DNA of 54,360 bases. Source: a virus. A program made the translations under genes and the position numbers. Shown piece after piece: positions 8,440-17,217 of this stretch. The notes below the pieces were generated by a model that did not search any database, was not told the origin of the DNA, and saw only the letters and a list, made by a program, of their open reading frames with translations. Where the stretch lies: UHGV virus genome UHGV-1841366. The stretch is one strand, 5' to 3'. Position 1 is the stretch's first letter. The number at the start of each line of letters is the position of its first letter.

Positions 8440-8444
8440 CGATT

Positions 8445-8675
8445 TTATTTATGTAAACTGATTTCAAATCCCATTTCTACAAACGCTTTTAACATTAAAA
8501 ATATATCAGCGTCGTTCACGTCTGCTTTTTTCCGCTCCTGGTCGCTCAATAAGTCAATTTTGCGCGTCGTTTCGTCTATAAGCTCGACTGCGCGCCCAGC
8601 GTAACCAGCGATCCCAGCGATGCGATTAACATAATATTCATTATGGACGTTAACGCCAGCGATTAAAATAATCAT
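8445..8675 (-). CDS. hypothetical protein
   Basis: ORF track; AAGGAG about 10 nt upstream of the ATG on the minus strand. Confidence 0.5.
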   Translation of the reverse strand: MIILIAGVNVHNEYYVNRIAGIAGYAGRAVELIDETTRKIDLLSDQERKKADVNDADIFLMLKAFVEMGFEISLHK

Positions 8676-8696
8676 GCTTTAAAAACTCCTTTAAAT

Positions 8697-8714
8697 GCGC
8701 CCATATTTGGGCGC
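8697..8714. repeat. 18-bp palindrome GCGCCCATATTTGGGCGC (copy 1)
   Basis: Identical 18-mer at 9451-9468; each lies just downstream of a minus-strand gene stop. Confidence 0.6.
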
Positions 8715-8729
8715 ATGATTTATATGGTA

Positions 8730-9377
8730 TTATTCAAAATATGGAAATGCAGAATTTTCTTCATGATCTAATACGAAAGTTTTTTCATTAATATAATTTG
8801 GCGCATTATCGCCAAATGATTCTAGTGGTTCGAGATGATTGAAATCATCTTTTTTAATAAAGTAGGATATATAATAGATACCATCGTGTAAATCAGCCAA
8901 ACCACACCAAATATAATAGCCAATAGGATAACATGCAGGACCACGATTCACATAAACTGTAATTTTTCCGCTTAATAAATCCATCTCAGCAAAAAAAGCT
9001 AATCCGCTTTTTTCCTCTTCTCCTTCTTTTTCTCTGATTTTTCCGTTTAGAACGTCAGCACTTTGAATAAACCACGCTCTAGTAAAATCCGCGTTAACAT
9101 ATGTAGCAAATTCGCCAAAGTCGCAATTTTTGCGCAAGTTGGGTAAATCCTCGATTAAATCGAGATTGATATTTAATTGCGCTGTATTTTCAGCAATAAT
9201 TAGCTCTGCTTTCGTTAATTCCGTGTTATTAAATTCTGGCTTTTTTTCTGGTAATTTGTGCACTACTTCTTTGATTTTGTCAGCGAATTTAATTTTTGAT
9301 TTAATCAATGGAAGACGAGATTCAGCCATCTCTACGAAAGCAGAGATAAAAGATTCGCAAACAGTAAAAGTTTTCAT
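8730..9377 (-). CDS. hypothetical acidic protein, paralog of 5315..6034
   Basis: 215 aa; shared sequence blocks with 5315..6034 (see there); AT-rich. Confidence 0.55.
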   Translation of the reverse strand: MKTFTVCESFISAFVEMAESRLPLIKSKIKFADKIKEVVHKLPEKKPEFNNTELTKAELIIAENTAQLNINLDLIEDLPNLRKNCDFGEFATYVNADFTRAWFIQSADVLNGKIREKEGEEEKSGLAFFAEMDLLSGKITVYVNRGPACYPIGYYIWCGLADLHDGIYYISYFIKKDDFNHLEPLESFGDNAPNYINEKTFVLDHEENSAFPYFE

Positions 9378-9450
9378 ATTAAATTCCTCAATTAAAATCT
9401 GAACCAGATGAATAAAGCTAATATTAGCTTTATTCCGAGTTTTATCTCAT

Positions 9451-9468
9451 GCGCCCATATTTGGGCGC
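9451..9468. repeat. 18-bp palindrome GCGCCCATATTTGGGCGC (copy 2)
   Basis: Identical to 8697-8714; a 24-bp perfect palindrome AATAAAGCTAATATTAGCTTTATT lies next to it at 9409-9432. Confidence 0.6.
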
Positions 9469-9481
9469 TTGATTCCATTAA

Positions 9482-10132
9482 TTACGCTTTAAAAGCATCA
9501 GCTAGATAATTGTAGAAATCTTTTTTAATGAAGCGATATTGTTGAGTACCAGCTTTGGCGCTTCCCATTCCTTTGACTTTCTCAACAAGTCCGAGACGTT
9601 CGCAAAGATTGATTAGCTGGTTAGCTTGAGTATAGCCAGCGTCTAAGCGTAAATCATTTGCTCGCTTAACTTCATTCATTAAATCAAAAACAGCGCCATT
9701 AGTAAAAACTTCTACTTCGTCTTTGATCATGTGAACAAGTGCAAACACGCGTGATCCGCTCATATCGTCTTTGGAGTACTCGCATTTACCAGCTTTGATA
9801 GATTTAACCAGATAAACTAATTTTTCCAGTGAGTAACTGTTAGTCATCGCTTCGCGGAAAAACACTTCTGGTGCTTGTTTGCTTGCTTTAATCGCAAAGT
9901 AAAACACAGCAGACAATTTTTCGTCGTTAACAGCAGACAAAATGTTATTAGAGAAATATTTTAACTTTGTAGAAGCAGCGCGAAGATTATCTTTATCGTT
10001 TTTGGTCAGCGCGCCAGTGCTATTAAGAAGTTCATTCTTTTGCCCCAAGTCGTTAGCTTTTGCACCCAGCTCAGCAGCAACAATATTAGCAGCTTCAACG
10101 ATGTTTTTTTTAGATAATATAATGTTGGTCAT
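9482..10132 (-). CDS. hypothetical protein
   Basis: ORF track, 216 aa; no confident domain. Confidence 0.5.
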   Translation of the reverse strand: MTNIILSKKNIVEAANIVAAELGAKANDLGQKNELLNSTGALTKNDKDNLRAASTKLKYFSNNILSAVNDEKLSAVFYFAIKASKQAPEVFFREAMTNSYSLEKLVYLVKSIKAGKCEYSKDDMSGSRVFALVHMIKDEVEVFTNGAVFDLMNEVKRANDLRLDAGYTQANQLINLCERLGLVEKVKGMGSAKAGTQQYRFIKKDFYNYLADAFKA

Positions 10133-10423
10133 GATTTCAATCCTTAGATCAAATTAGAAAATTTATTTCGTTCTATCGTTAGCGTGTTCGCTTTCGACGA
10201 GTTCAATTATCGATACGCAAAAAAAGATTGCAAGTGTTTTTTCTTAGTTTTTTACAGGGACGAAAGTCCTAGAAATAAAAGCGAGATCGTCGAAGGTGTT
10301 CCCTAAATAAATAATCTACTCCGGCTTTTAACCTTATATATTTATACGGAGTGGAATAGGGGGTATTAAATGAATGGCGTGTAAAATAATAACCGGACTT
10401 AGCCGGTTATTACCCTTATAGAT

Positions 10424-10987
10424 TTAAAATGGAAGGATTCGGTCAACCCAATCGAAGAGAACAATCATTCTTGCATGTTCCCTGATTTTCATCGTCACCT
10501 GACAAGCATCAACGCCTAACGACACTCCCTCTATTTCACGGCCATCCGCCATGTAGACCCTTATAGATCTGCCGTTTTGATGAGCTTTGCGACATATCTT
10601 AAAAAAGTCACGACGTGATGGCTGGTTGTTCACGTAGTCAGGATGTACGGTAAGCCTGTCCGCAAAGTCCCCATCTACTTCTGGAGGTATAATCGTTTCT
10701 ATAGAGCTAACTTTCCCAAGAGGAAGACGAACTCGACGCTCTTTGCTTCTTGGAACGGGTGATAGATCAAGTTTGTTGCGTGATGGTAGTGTTCCCTGTA
10801 CATACATGTTGAATACCTGTCCATCTTCCATCGTGACTTTTACAGGAACAGAGTGTGCCCTCCAGAACATCAAGGTATGTTCCACATTAGAATAGTCTCG
10901 CGGCCATACTTCAGCCGGTATGCCGTATGTAATATCTTTCGTCGTCATATCATTATAAAGTGGTTGGCAATATGTCCATTGTACCAT
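10424..10987 (-). CDS. hypothetical protein
   Basis: ORF track, 187 aa; overlaps the upstream lipoprotein gene by 35 nt, so the true start may be the internal ATG at 10948; no clear ribosome-binding site for either. Confidence 0.4.
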   Translation of the reverse strand: MVQWTYCQPLYNDMTTKDITYGIPAEVWPRDYSNVEHTLMFWRAHSVPVKVTMEDGQVFNMYVQGTLPSRNKLDLSPVPRSKERRVRLPLGKVSSIETIIPPEVDGDFADRLTVHPDYVNNQPSRRDFFKICRKAHQNGRSIRVYMADGREIEGVSLGVDACQVTMKIREHARMIVLFDWVDRILPF

Positions 10988-11372
10988 CCCAGGTAGTGAA
11001 AACCCGATATGTTTTCGAGTCGCCCTGCTTTAGCTTTATTTCTCGTTCCATCCTGGAGGGGTTAAATGCGCAAAGACCTGAACTTTCAATTGATGTCCCA
11101 ACGATCCACTCTCCTTCGTTAAGGTAGAAAGTTGCTTTTTCACCAGGTTCTAGCTTTGCAACCGTTTCTCCATTGATGAAAATGGAAGCGTTACATGCAG
11201 AACCAACCAGCCCTTTGTCTCGAACTATTGTTAAACTAGACTCATGTGGTGTTTGATATTTAAATATTCTGCTTTGAGGTGCATCCTTTGCCTTTGAAAC
11301 AGATATAGACGAAGACGAACATCCAATTAGTGATGTGGTTAGTGTTAGAATAATTAGGTTTGTTACTTTCAT
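10953..11372 (-). CDS. putative lipoprotein
   Basis: N-terminus MKVTNLIILTLTTSLIGCSSSS: hydrophobic signal plus lipobox-like LIGC. Confidence 0.55.
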   Translation of the reverse strand: MKVTNLIILTLTTSLIGCSSSSISVSKAKDAPQSRIFKYQTPHESSLTIVRDKGLVGSACNASIFINGETVAKLEPGEKATFYLNEGEWIVGTSIESSGLCAFNPSRMEREIKLKQGDSKTYRVFTTWDGTMDILPTTL

Positions 11373-11388
11373 ATTTGTCTGACTATGA

Positions 11389-11940
11389 TTAATAGTTAAC
11401 TTGGGTTCTGTTGTAAATGTCTATTAAGAAATCGTCCTGCTTTATGTTTTTACAGGTTTTGTCGAAGGTTAATTCACCTGATAATATGCAGGCGTTGTAT
11501 TTTTCGATAAAAATATTTAATGCCTGCCAATTTTTGAAAAGAAAAGAGAAACCATATGACGACTCGCTGCCGTTTATCAACCCTCGTGCGCTGGGATATT
11601 TGTATAAATTTGAATGTAGCTCTAATTTACCAGGGGCAACGTCGCCACAGGAATTCATAATGACGAACATTTTGGATATATCAAAAGGATAAAAAACTAT
11701 GCCGCAATTTGTCCTGTTGCCTTTAATATCCTTCACGTAAATATAGTGCTCGTAACAATCTTTACGCGAGGCATTTAACCTGTATTGTATTAGTTTGTGC
11801 TCTCCTTTTTGAGAGGGTATTAGGTATCGTGTACGCTTGTCTAAGCAGGATTTCGTCTTTGTACGGTATTGCGACATACTGCTCTTTATTTCCGCTGCAC
11901 TTAGAAAGTTCTCATTAAAAGGCAAATGTCCCATTTGCAC
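11389..11940 (-). CDS. hypothetical protein, homologous to the N-terminal domain of the HNH protein
   Basis: 183 aa; SYGFSFLFKNWQALNIFIEKYNACILSGELT aligns with GYSFAFKNRLSIEMFLITLIDYIDSGKIS of 12186..13166, and GIVFYPFDISK with GICVTPQKIEK. Confidence 0.5.
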   Translation of the reverse strand: MQMGHLPFNENFLSAAEIKSSMSQYRTKTKSCLDKRTRYLIPSQKGEHKLIQYRLNASRKDCYEHYIYVKDIKGNRTNCGIVFYPFDISKMFVIMNSCGDVAPGKLELHSNLYKYPSARGLINGSESSYGFSFLFKNWQALNIFIEKYNACILSGELTFDKTCKNIKQDDFLIDIYNRTQVNY

Positions 11941-11978
11941 CTCCGGTTCTTAAGCATAGATAAGCCTACAAAATTAAT

Positions 11979-12045
11979 TCAGTCGATCAAGATCTTTTTT
12001 CAGCCGGAAGTTTATGTATCAAGAAGTGTGATCAAGTTCACATAC
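11979..12045. repeat. intergenic repeat R2 containing TGTGA-N6-TCACA
   Basis: About 80 percent identical to 13217-13285; palindrome TGTGATCAAGTTCACA at 12027-12042. Confidence 0.55.
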
Positions 12046-12185
12046 TGCTTTGCCAGAAGAATACCATATGCAAAACATTCTATTGCTGTTAAAATTTAAT
12101 CGTTCAGACATAAGGAAGCCCTATACCCTCGACAAATCTTTCTGGTATTGTCGAGGGCATGTTTCACATTTATAGGTAGATAGCG

Positions 12186-13166
12186 TTAATTGGTGTTTTT
12201 GTTCTTCTCTTTTTTGCTAATTTCATCACATGTAAGGTTCATTATGTCTATGTTTTCTTGCTTTTGAAGGTTGCCGACAATTTTTTTGCGCAATTCATAA
12301 AATCGCTCGCGTGGTATAGCTTCCTTGTTGCCGTTGATGTGAAGTATTGCGTGACAGCTAGGGCAGACGGCAATCAGATCTGTTTTTGGGTTCACGCTTC
12401 GTGCATCTTCGCCTTGTGAAAGTGGGACGATGTGGTGAGCGTGTAGCAGCGTTTTCGTTTCTTTGCCGTCAATTTCCTTGCCGTATATTTCCGACATCGT
12501 TCTGCAACATAATTGACACCTGTAGTCTGCGTTTGCCAGAACGTCATTCCTTAACCCGGATACGCGGCTACGATGTTGCGACTGGATTAATCTTGTTTCG
12601 CCCTCTATATATTCCTCAACTTCTTCTTTCTGGAGGTCGTAGCTGATTTCTTCTTGAGTCGGATGGACTTTTTTGTATAGAAGATCAAGATATTTAATGT
12701 CCTCTGTTATATATTTGGAATCCTCTAGCGAGGATATTTTTCCTGAGTCTATGTAGTCAATTAATGTAATAAGGAACATCTCTATCGATAGCCTGTTTTT
12801 AAAGGCAAACGAATATCCAAGATGTCTTCTATCTCCTGAATGAATTGGCGTCCAATGAGATTTCTCAATTTTTTGTGGTGTTACGCAGATACCTTTGCCG
12901 ATATTGTTTACATGTTCCAATAATTGATAAACAGAATTAATGCGGTAAGCATGTGTTACTAAAGAATTTATTTTTCTTGTGCCGACGGAGGATTTTGTCA
13001 TAACAACATGATGAGATATTTGTTTTTTTAAAATCAAATCATACGATGTAGCTTTTTGGTTTTCGCCTTTGTCGGTTTTTTTTATTAAATTTAGTTTTTT
13101 ATTAGAGGCTATTTTCTCTATTTCTTCTCTAACTTCTTTTATCGTCATGTAAGTTTCTTTTGTCAT
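12186..13166 (-). CDS. HNH endonuclease with N-terminal domain of unknown function
   Basis: 326 aa; C-terminal HNH-type motif (CQLCC ... HAHHIVPLSQGEDARSVNPKTDLIAVCPSCHAILH); AT-rich. Confidence 0.6.
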   Translation of the reverse strand: MTKETYMTIKEVREEIEKIASNKKLNLIKKTDKGENQKATSYDLILKKQISHHVVMTKSSVGTRKINSLVTHAYRINSVYQLLEHVNNIGKGICVTPQKIEKSHWTPIHSGDRRHLGYSFAFKNRLSIEMFLITLIDYIDSGKISSLEDSKYITEDIKYLDLLYKKVHPTQEEISYDLQKEEVEEYIEGETRLIQSQHRSRVSGLRNDVLANADYRCQLCCRTMSEIYGKEIDGKETKTLLHAHHIVPLSQGEDARSVNPKTDLIAVCPSCHAILHINGNKEAIPRERFYELRKKIVGNLQKQENIDIMNLTCDEISKKEKNKNTN

Positions 13167-13216
13167 TATAATTCGACCTACTGGAATATCTTGATTTAAG
13201 AGGCTACAAATATCGT

Positions 13217-13285
13217 TCAGCCAATCAAGAAATTTTTTCAGCCGGAGGTTTGTACTTCAAAAAATGTGATGAATGTCACATGCAG
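13217..13285. repeat. intergenic repeat R1 containing TGTGA-N6-TCACA
   Basis: Palindrome TGTGATGAATGTCACA at 13265-13280; adjacent 10-bp perfect inverted repeat CATGCAGGTG/CACCTGCATG at 13279-13306. Confidence 0.55.
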
Positions 13286-13313
13286 GTGCGCTCATACACC
13301 TGCATGTAGACTA

Positions 13314-13913
13314 TTAATCATTCAATAATCTATATTTGCTTTTGATTAAATCTTCACCTTTTCTGGTGAACACAAAACCAAATTGCGATTTTTTGTTCAG
13401 TCGAAGAACTCTGTTATCCAGTGCATCGGTTGACGGAATTAGTGTCTGATCATCTATCCAATTTAGTAGCGTAAGAAAGTTCAGCAACCTCAACGTTGTT
13501 GTGCGAAGCTCTTTCGATATATTTTCAATGCTGGCAATTCGTCTTTCTTTTTTCTTTGGCGTTTCGATTAACTTCGCTTGAGAGGTGGACAATGAATAGA
13601 TATTTTCATTGTCCTCATCAAACAACAGATGTTGGGTAAGTTTGCTAAAAAAACCTCGTGCGGATTCGCTTGATAACACTCCCTCTTTATTCATATCATT
13701 AGTTATTCTGTACAAGAGTGGACCGTACTTCATTTCAGGATAACGTTGATAAAAGTTAAGTAATTCAAAAGCAGCATTAGCACCAACAAGAAAATCAGAA
13801 GGATCGCTGACCTTCCAGAAAGAATGATTTTTCTTAGCGCCTGTGGTGTCAACAAATGATAATTCTTTTAAACAACTCATGATGTACTCCTTTCTAACAA
13901 GTGAGCACATCAT
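13314..13913 (-). CDS. hypothetical protein
   Basis: ORF track, 199 aa (an internal ATG at 13881 is an alternative start); no confident domain. Confidence 0.45.
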   Translation of the reverse strand: MMCSLVRKEYIMSCLKELSFVDTTGAKKNHSFWKVSDPSDFLVGANAAFELLNFYQRYPEMKYGPLLYRITNDMNKEGVLSSESARGFFSKLTQHLLFDEDNENIYSLSTSQAKLIETPKKKERRIASIENISKELRTTTLRLLNFLTLLNWIDDQTLIPSTDALDNRVLRLNKKSQFGFVFTRKGEDLIKSKYRLLND

Positions 13914-13945
13914 AGAATTGGTGGATAGGGGGTAAATATGGAACG

Positions 13946-14224
13946 TTACGGCAACCTGCTCAGTATTTCCTCCAGATCTTCTTTGGTCATATTAGAGTTC
14001 TCATAAATACGCATAATTTTCTCACGAGTCTTAGCAGAGACTCCAACGGCAGATGAAACTTTGTCAAATTCAGCCATTGTCATTGTCTCCAGAATGGCAT
14101 TGATAACTTCAGCCTTAGACATTTTGATATTTTTTTCTTTTAGTTTCACTTGAAACTTTCCAAGTTTGTCATTGGCCTTATCCGACAATGACACCTGACA
14201 ATAAGTTGTTTTCTTTTCGCTCAT
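13946..14224 (-). CDS. hypothetical small protein
   Basis: ORF track, 92 aa; stop-start tightly coupled to the helicase gene (2-nt gap). Confidence 0.45.
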   Translation of the reverse strand: MSEKKTTYCQVSLSDKANDKLGKFQVKLKEKNIKMSKAEVINAILETMTMAEFDKVSSAVGVSAKTREKIMRIYENSNMTKEDLEEILSRLP

Positions 14225-14226
14225 AA

Positions 14227-15786
14227 CTAATCTCGTTTCAGAACTCCAAAATCGAATGTGCCATCAATTGGCAATACACCTTCTGCAAAGCCAGGTGTGG
14301 TGTCGATGATGTGTTTTCGCTCATAAGAGTGAGACAACAGGTATTTGTTGCTAATGTCAATGAAATCAGTGATAAAACACACGTTTGCCTGATTTTTTTT
14401 TGCTCGTAAGCCACGACCGACACGCTGTCTCATTTCAACTTCTGCTTTCCCACCACCAGCAAGAATGACCGCGCCCACGCTTGGCACATCAACACCGACA
14501 TCCAGAATAGTCGAGCCTATTAAAACATCTATTTCGCCAGACGCTAAACTGTTCAGCTTTGCTTGCCTTGTCGTCTGGTTCGATTCCCCATAGATGAAGT
14601 CAACTCTAAGGCCGGACTCTTTCATCATCTCCATCAGGATTTGCCCGTGGCGTTTAAGACGAACCAGAGTCATGCAGTTGAGAGAATGTTGCTTATAGAG
14701 CAATGCTTCTCGTACTATGGCCTCGTTTCGTCCCAAATTATACACGATCCCCAACTGATAAGCTTTTTGGTAGGCAGTGCTCATACCTACCCTAAAATTG
14801 AGGTGTTTGTTGGCAAGTTCTGCCTTGATTCTGACCTCGTCTGGTTTGTAGGCAACTTTATGATAAAGGAAATATGGCTTTGCCAGAATACCTCTATCAA
14901 TCAGGTATTTTTCTGTAACTTTAATTTCAATTCGCCCGGCCACAGCCATCAGACGCATGTTGGCTTCTGTAGAAGCCTTCATGAACGGCGTTGCCGTAAG
15001 CGCCAGGCGATAGTCTGCGTTCGTACATAATCTGGCAATGTCATAGAAATTAGAGCCTGAAGACTCATGCGCCTCTTCCAGAATAAGAAGAGAGACACTT
15101 GAAAGGAAGCGCTTCACTAACTCCTGACGTTTGAGGTGGTAGCTCTTCTTATCTGGTGTTGCATCGCGTGGTGGTTCTTCGAGGAAACTTGCAATAGTTT
15201 GAACTGTAGCGACGTTGATATGTCGTGATACCTGAAACTCACCCGAGCCAATGATTCCAACCTTTTGGTCTTTTAACCACGGTTCGCCATTTTTGGCGCG
15301 GTAGTCGATGGATCTCTGGAAGTTTTCGGCCATCTGAAACATCAGAACAGATCGGGTTGTTAAAAATAATGTCATTCGACCGATACGTGCAGCTGCTTTG
15401 CAGGCAACGTTAGATTTCCCACCACCAGTAGCGATCTGCGCAATCATCATTCCCTCGCGAACCAGTGTTTCCACAGTCTGATCCTGATACGCATAATCAG
15501 GATTGTATGGGAATGGGTTAACCGCCGGATTTGGCTTTCCAAGCGCCGGGGCTTTGTCTTTGCGGATATGAACACATTTGATGCCCGCCTTGTTCAAGTT
15601 CGCCGCTACAGGCTTGGCAAAGCCAGCAGGGAACGAGTTTTTACTCCAGTGGAACATCGTGCTTGTGCCCTTCCAGTCGCCAGTGTCGACTTCGTAGCTC
15701 AACATCTGTTGCACCAGTTGCTTTACCTTGTCATCTGCGCCAGAAATAAGCGCATTTACTGCGTTAGATACAATCCGAACAGTCAT
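14227..15786 (-). CDS. SF2 DEAD/DEAH-type helicase
   Basis: 519 aa; Walker A ATGGGKS, motif II LEEAH, motif III LTATP, motif VI QRVGRGLR. Confidence 0.65.
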   Translation of the reverse strand: MTVRIVSNAVNALISGADDKVKQLVQQMLSYEVDTGDWKGTSTMFHWSKNSFPAGFAKPVAANLNKAGIKCVHIRKDKAPALGKPNPAVNPFPYNPDYAYQDQTVETLVREGMMIAQIATGGGKSNVACKAAARIGRMTLFLTTRSVLMFQMAENFQRSIDYRAKNGEPWLKDQKVGIIGSGEFQVSRHINVATVQTIASFLEEPPRDATPDKKSYHLKRQELVKRFLSSVSLLILEEAHESSGSNFYDIARLCTNADYRLALTATPFMKASTEANMRLMAVAGRIEIKVTEKYLIDRGILAKPYFLYHKVAYKPDEVRIKAELANKHLNFRVGMSTAYQKAYQLGIVYNLGRNEAIVREALLYKQHSLNCMTLVRLKRHGQILMEMMKESGLRVDFIYGESNQTTRQAKLNSLASGEIDVLIGSTILDVGVDVPSVGAVILAGGGKAEVEMRQRVGRGLRAKKNQANVCFITDFIDISNKYLLSHSYERKHIIDTTPGFAEGVLPIDGTFDFGVLKRD

Positions 15787-15868
15787 AAACCTCTTTCCTT
15801 AGTGCCTTTTGTATGTTATTTGGCTATTATAATAAGTAAGCAATTACTTAGTGGATTGTAGCAATAAA

Positions 15869-16549
15869 ATGGATGTAAAAATTACGATTTTGCAGGTTGA
15901 TGTTGCCAACCTTCGCCCGAATACCTGGAACACCAATTCGGTTGGTGCGCAGAATTTTGAAAAACTGAAAGGTTCTATCGAAAAATTAGGCTTTTTTAAA
16001 CCAATTTTGGCTCGTGAAATTGAAGATGGATTTTTTGAAATCCTCGGTGGCGAACATCGCTGGCGTGCCGCTATTGAGCAAGGAATTTCAACGGTTCCAG
16101 TGCTTTCTGTGGGCAAAATTAGCGATGTCGTAGCTAAACAGATGTCACTGGTGGACAACGAGCGATATGGTGAAGACGACCAAATCGCATTGCAACGCTT
16201 CATTGAAGAAATTCAGTCAGAACTTGACTATCAACTGTCTGAAATCGCCCCGTATGACGACGAAATCTCGATGGTTTTAGCAAAAGAGGCGGCAATCGAC
16301 CTTGAAGCACTGGAGGCGTTGTCTCGTGGTAGTGATGAGCCTGTCGATACCGACAAACGAGAGAAAACCGAACGTGTGGGGGCGGAACATCAGACCATGC
16401 GCTTCAAAGTAACTTTCGATGCGTCAGATCGTGTTGCAGAAACCATAAAAAACATCATCAAAGAGCAGGCTATTAACACCGGTAATGAAATGGAGAACGC
16501 TGGTGAGGCTCTGGTGTGGCTGGTCGACTACTACAAGGAGCGTATGTAA
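15869..16549 (+). CDS. ParB/Srx-like nuclease-domain protein 1
   Basis: GGEHRWRAA resembles the ParB GxxRxxA box; start taken at the first in-frame ATG (15851 is GTG); neither start has a strong ribosome-binding site. Confidence 0.55.
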   Translation: MDVKITILQVDVANLRPNTWNTNSVGAQNFEKLKGSIEKLGFFKPILAREIEDGFFEILGGEHRWRAAIEQGISTVPVLSVGKISDVVAKQMSLVDNERYGEDDQIALQRFIEEIQSELDYQLSEIAPYDDEISMVLAKEAAIDLEALEALSRGSDEPVDTDKREKTERVGAEHQTMRFKVTFDASDRVAETIKNIIKEQAINTGNEMENAGEALVWLVDYYKERM

Positions 16550-17217
16550 TGACCAAAAAGTTTGAAATCGTATATCGCGACCCGGCAGATCTTATTCCCT
16601 ATGAGATGAATGCCAAAAAGCATGATGAACAGCAGATCCGAGATCTGGCCGCAGCCATTAAAAAGCGCGGATTTGACCAGCCAATTACGGTCGATAAGAA
16701 CGACGTAATTATTACTGGCCACGGCCGCCGTGAGGCTGCAATTTTTGCTGGACTTGAGCGCGTACCGGTTATTGTTCGCGATGATCTCAGTGATGACGAG
16801 GTTCGTGCGAAGCGCCTTGAAGATAACCGACTTGCCAGCATTGATTACGATGCAATTAAGCTACAGAAAGAGCTTGAGTCGCTTGTTCTGGACGATATCG
16901 AGGTTTTCGGCTTTGAAGAGCGTGAGTTGAATGTTCTCGTTGGCAGCATGACAGAAGAAATGGACACCGACTCGCTAGTTATCGATCTGGGCGAAGAAAC
17001 TAAACGACAGAAGGATGAACACACCGAGATCAGTCGTGAAGTTGCAGCGGAAGAAGTACGTGTTGTCGACGTATTGGGCTTTAAAACGCTCCCTGCTGGC
17101 TCTGCCATTGTTGTTGGTGATTTGCTTGCCCACATGGAAGAAATGACGAGAGAAAGCGGGGTAGACGCATTTGTGGCATATGCGGAGAAGATCTCTTCCG
17201 GGGAGATGGCTGCATGA
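16550..17217 (+). CDS. ParB/Srx-like nuclease-domain protein 2
   Basis: ITGHGRREAA motif; ATG directly after the upstream TAA, with AGGAGCG ribosome-binding site. Confidence 0.55.

Noticed and set aside
7830-8440. DnaA boxes (TTATCCACA) in the putative origin-like regions
   Set aside because: I looked for the consensus in 1500-1700 and 7830-8440 and did not find a match, so no DnaA-dependent origin is claimed.
8281-8604. 107-aa + strand ORF
   Set aside because: Runs through the tandem minus-strand terminator hairpins and antisense to gene 8445..8675; no ribosome-binding site.
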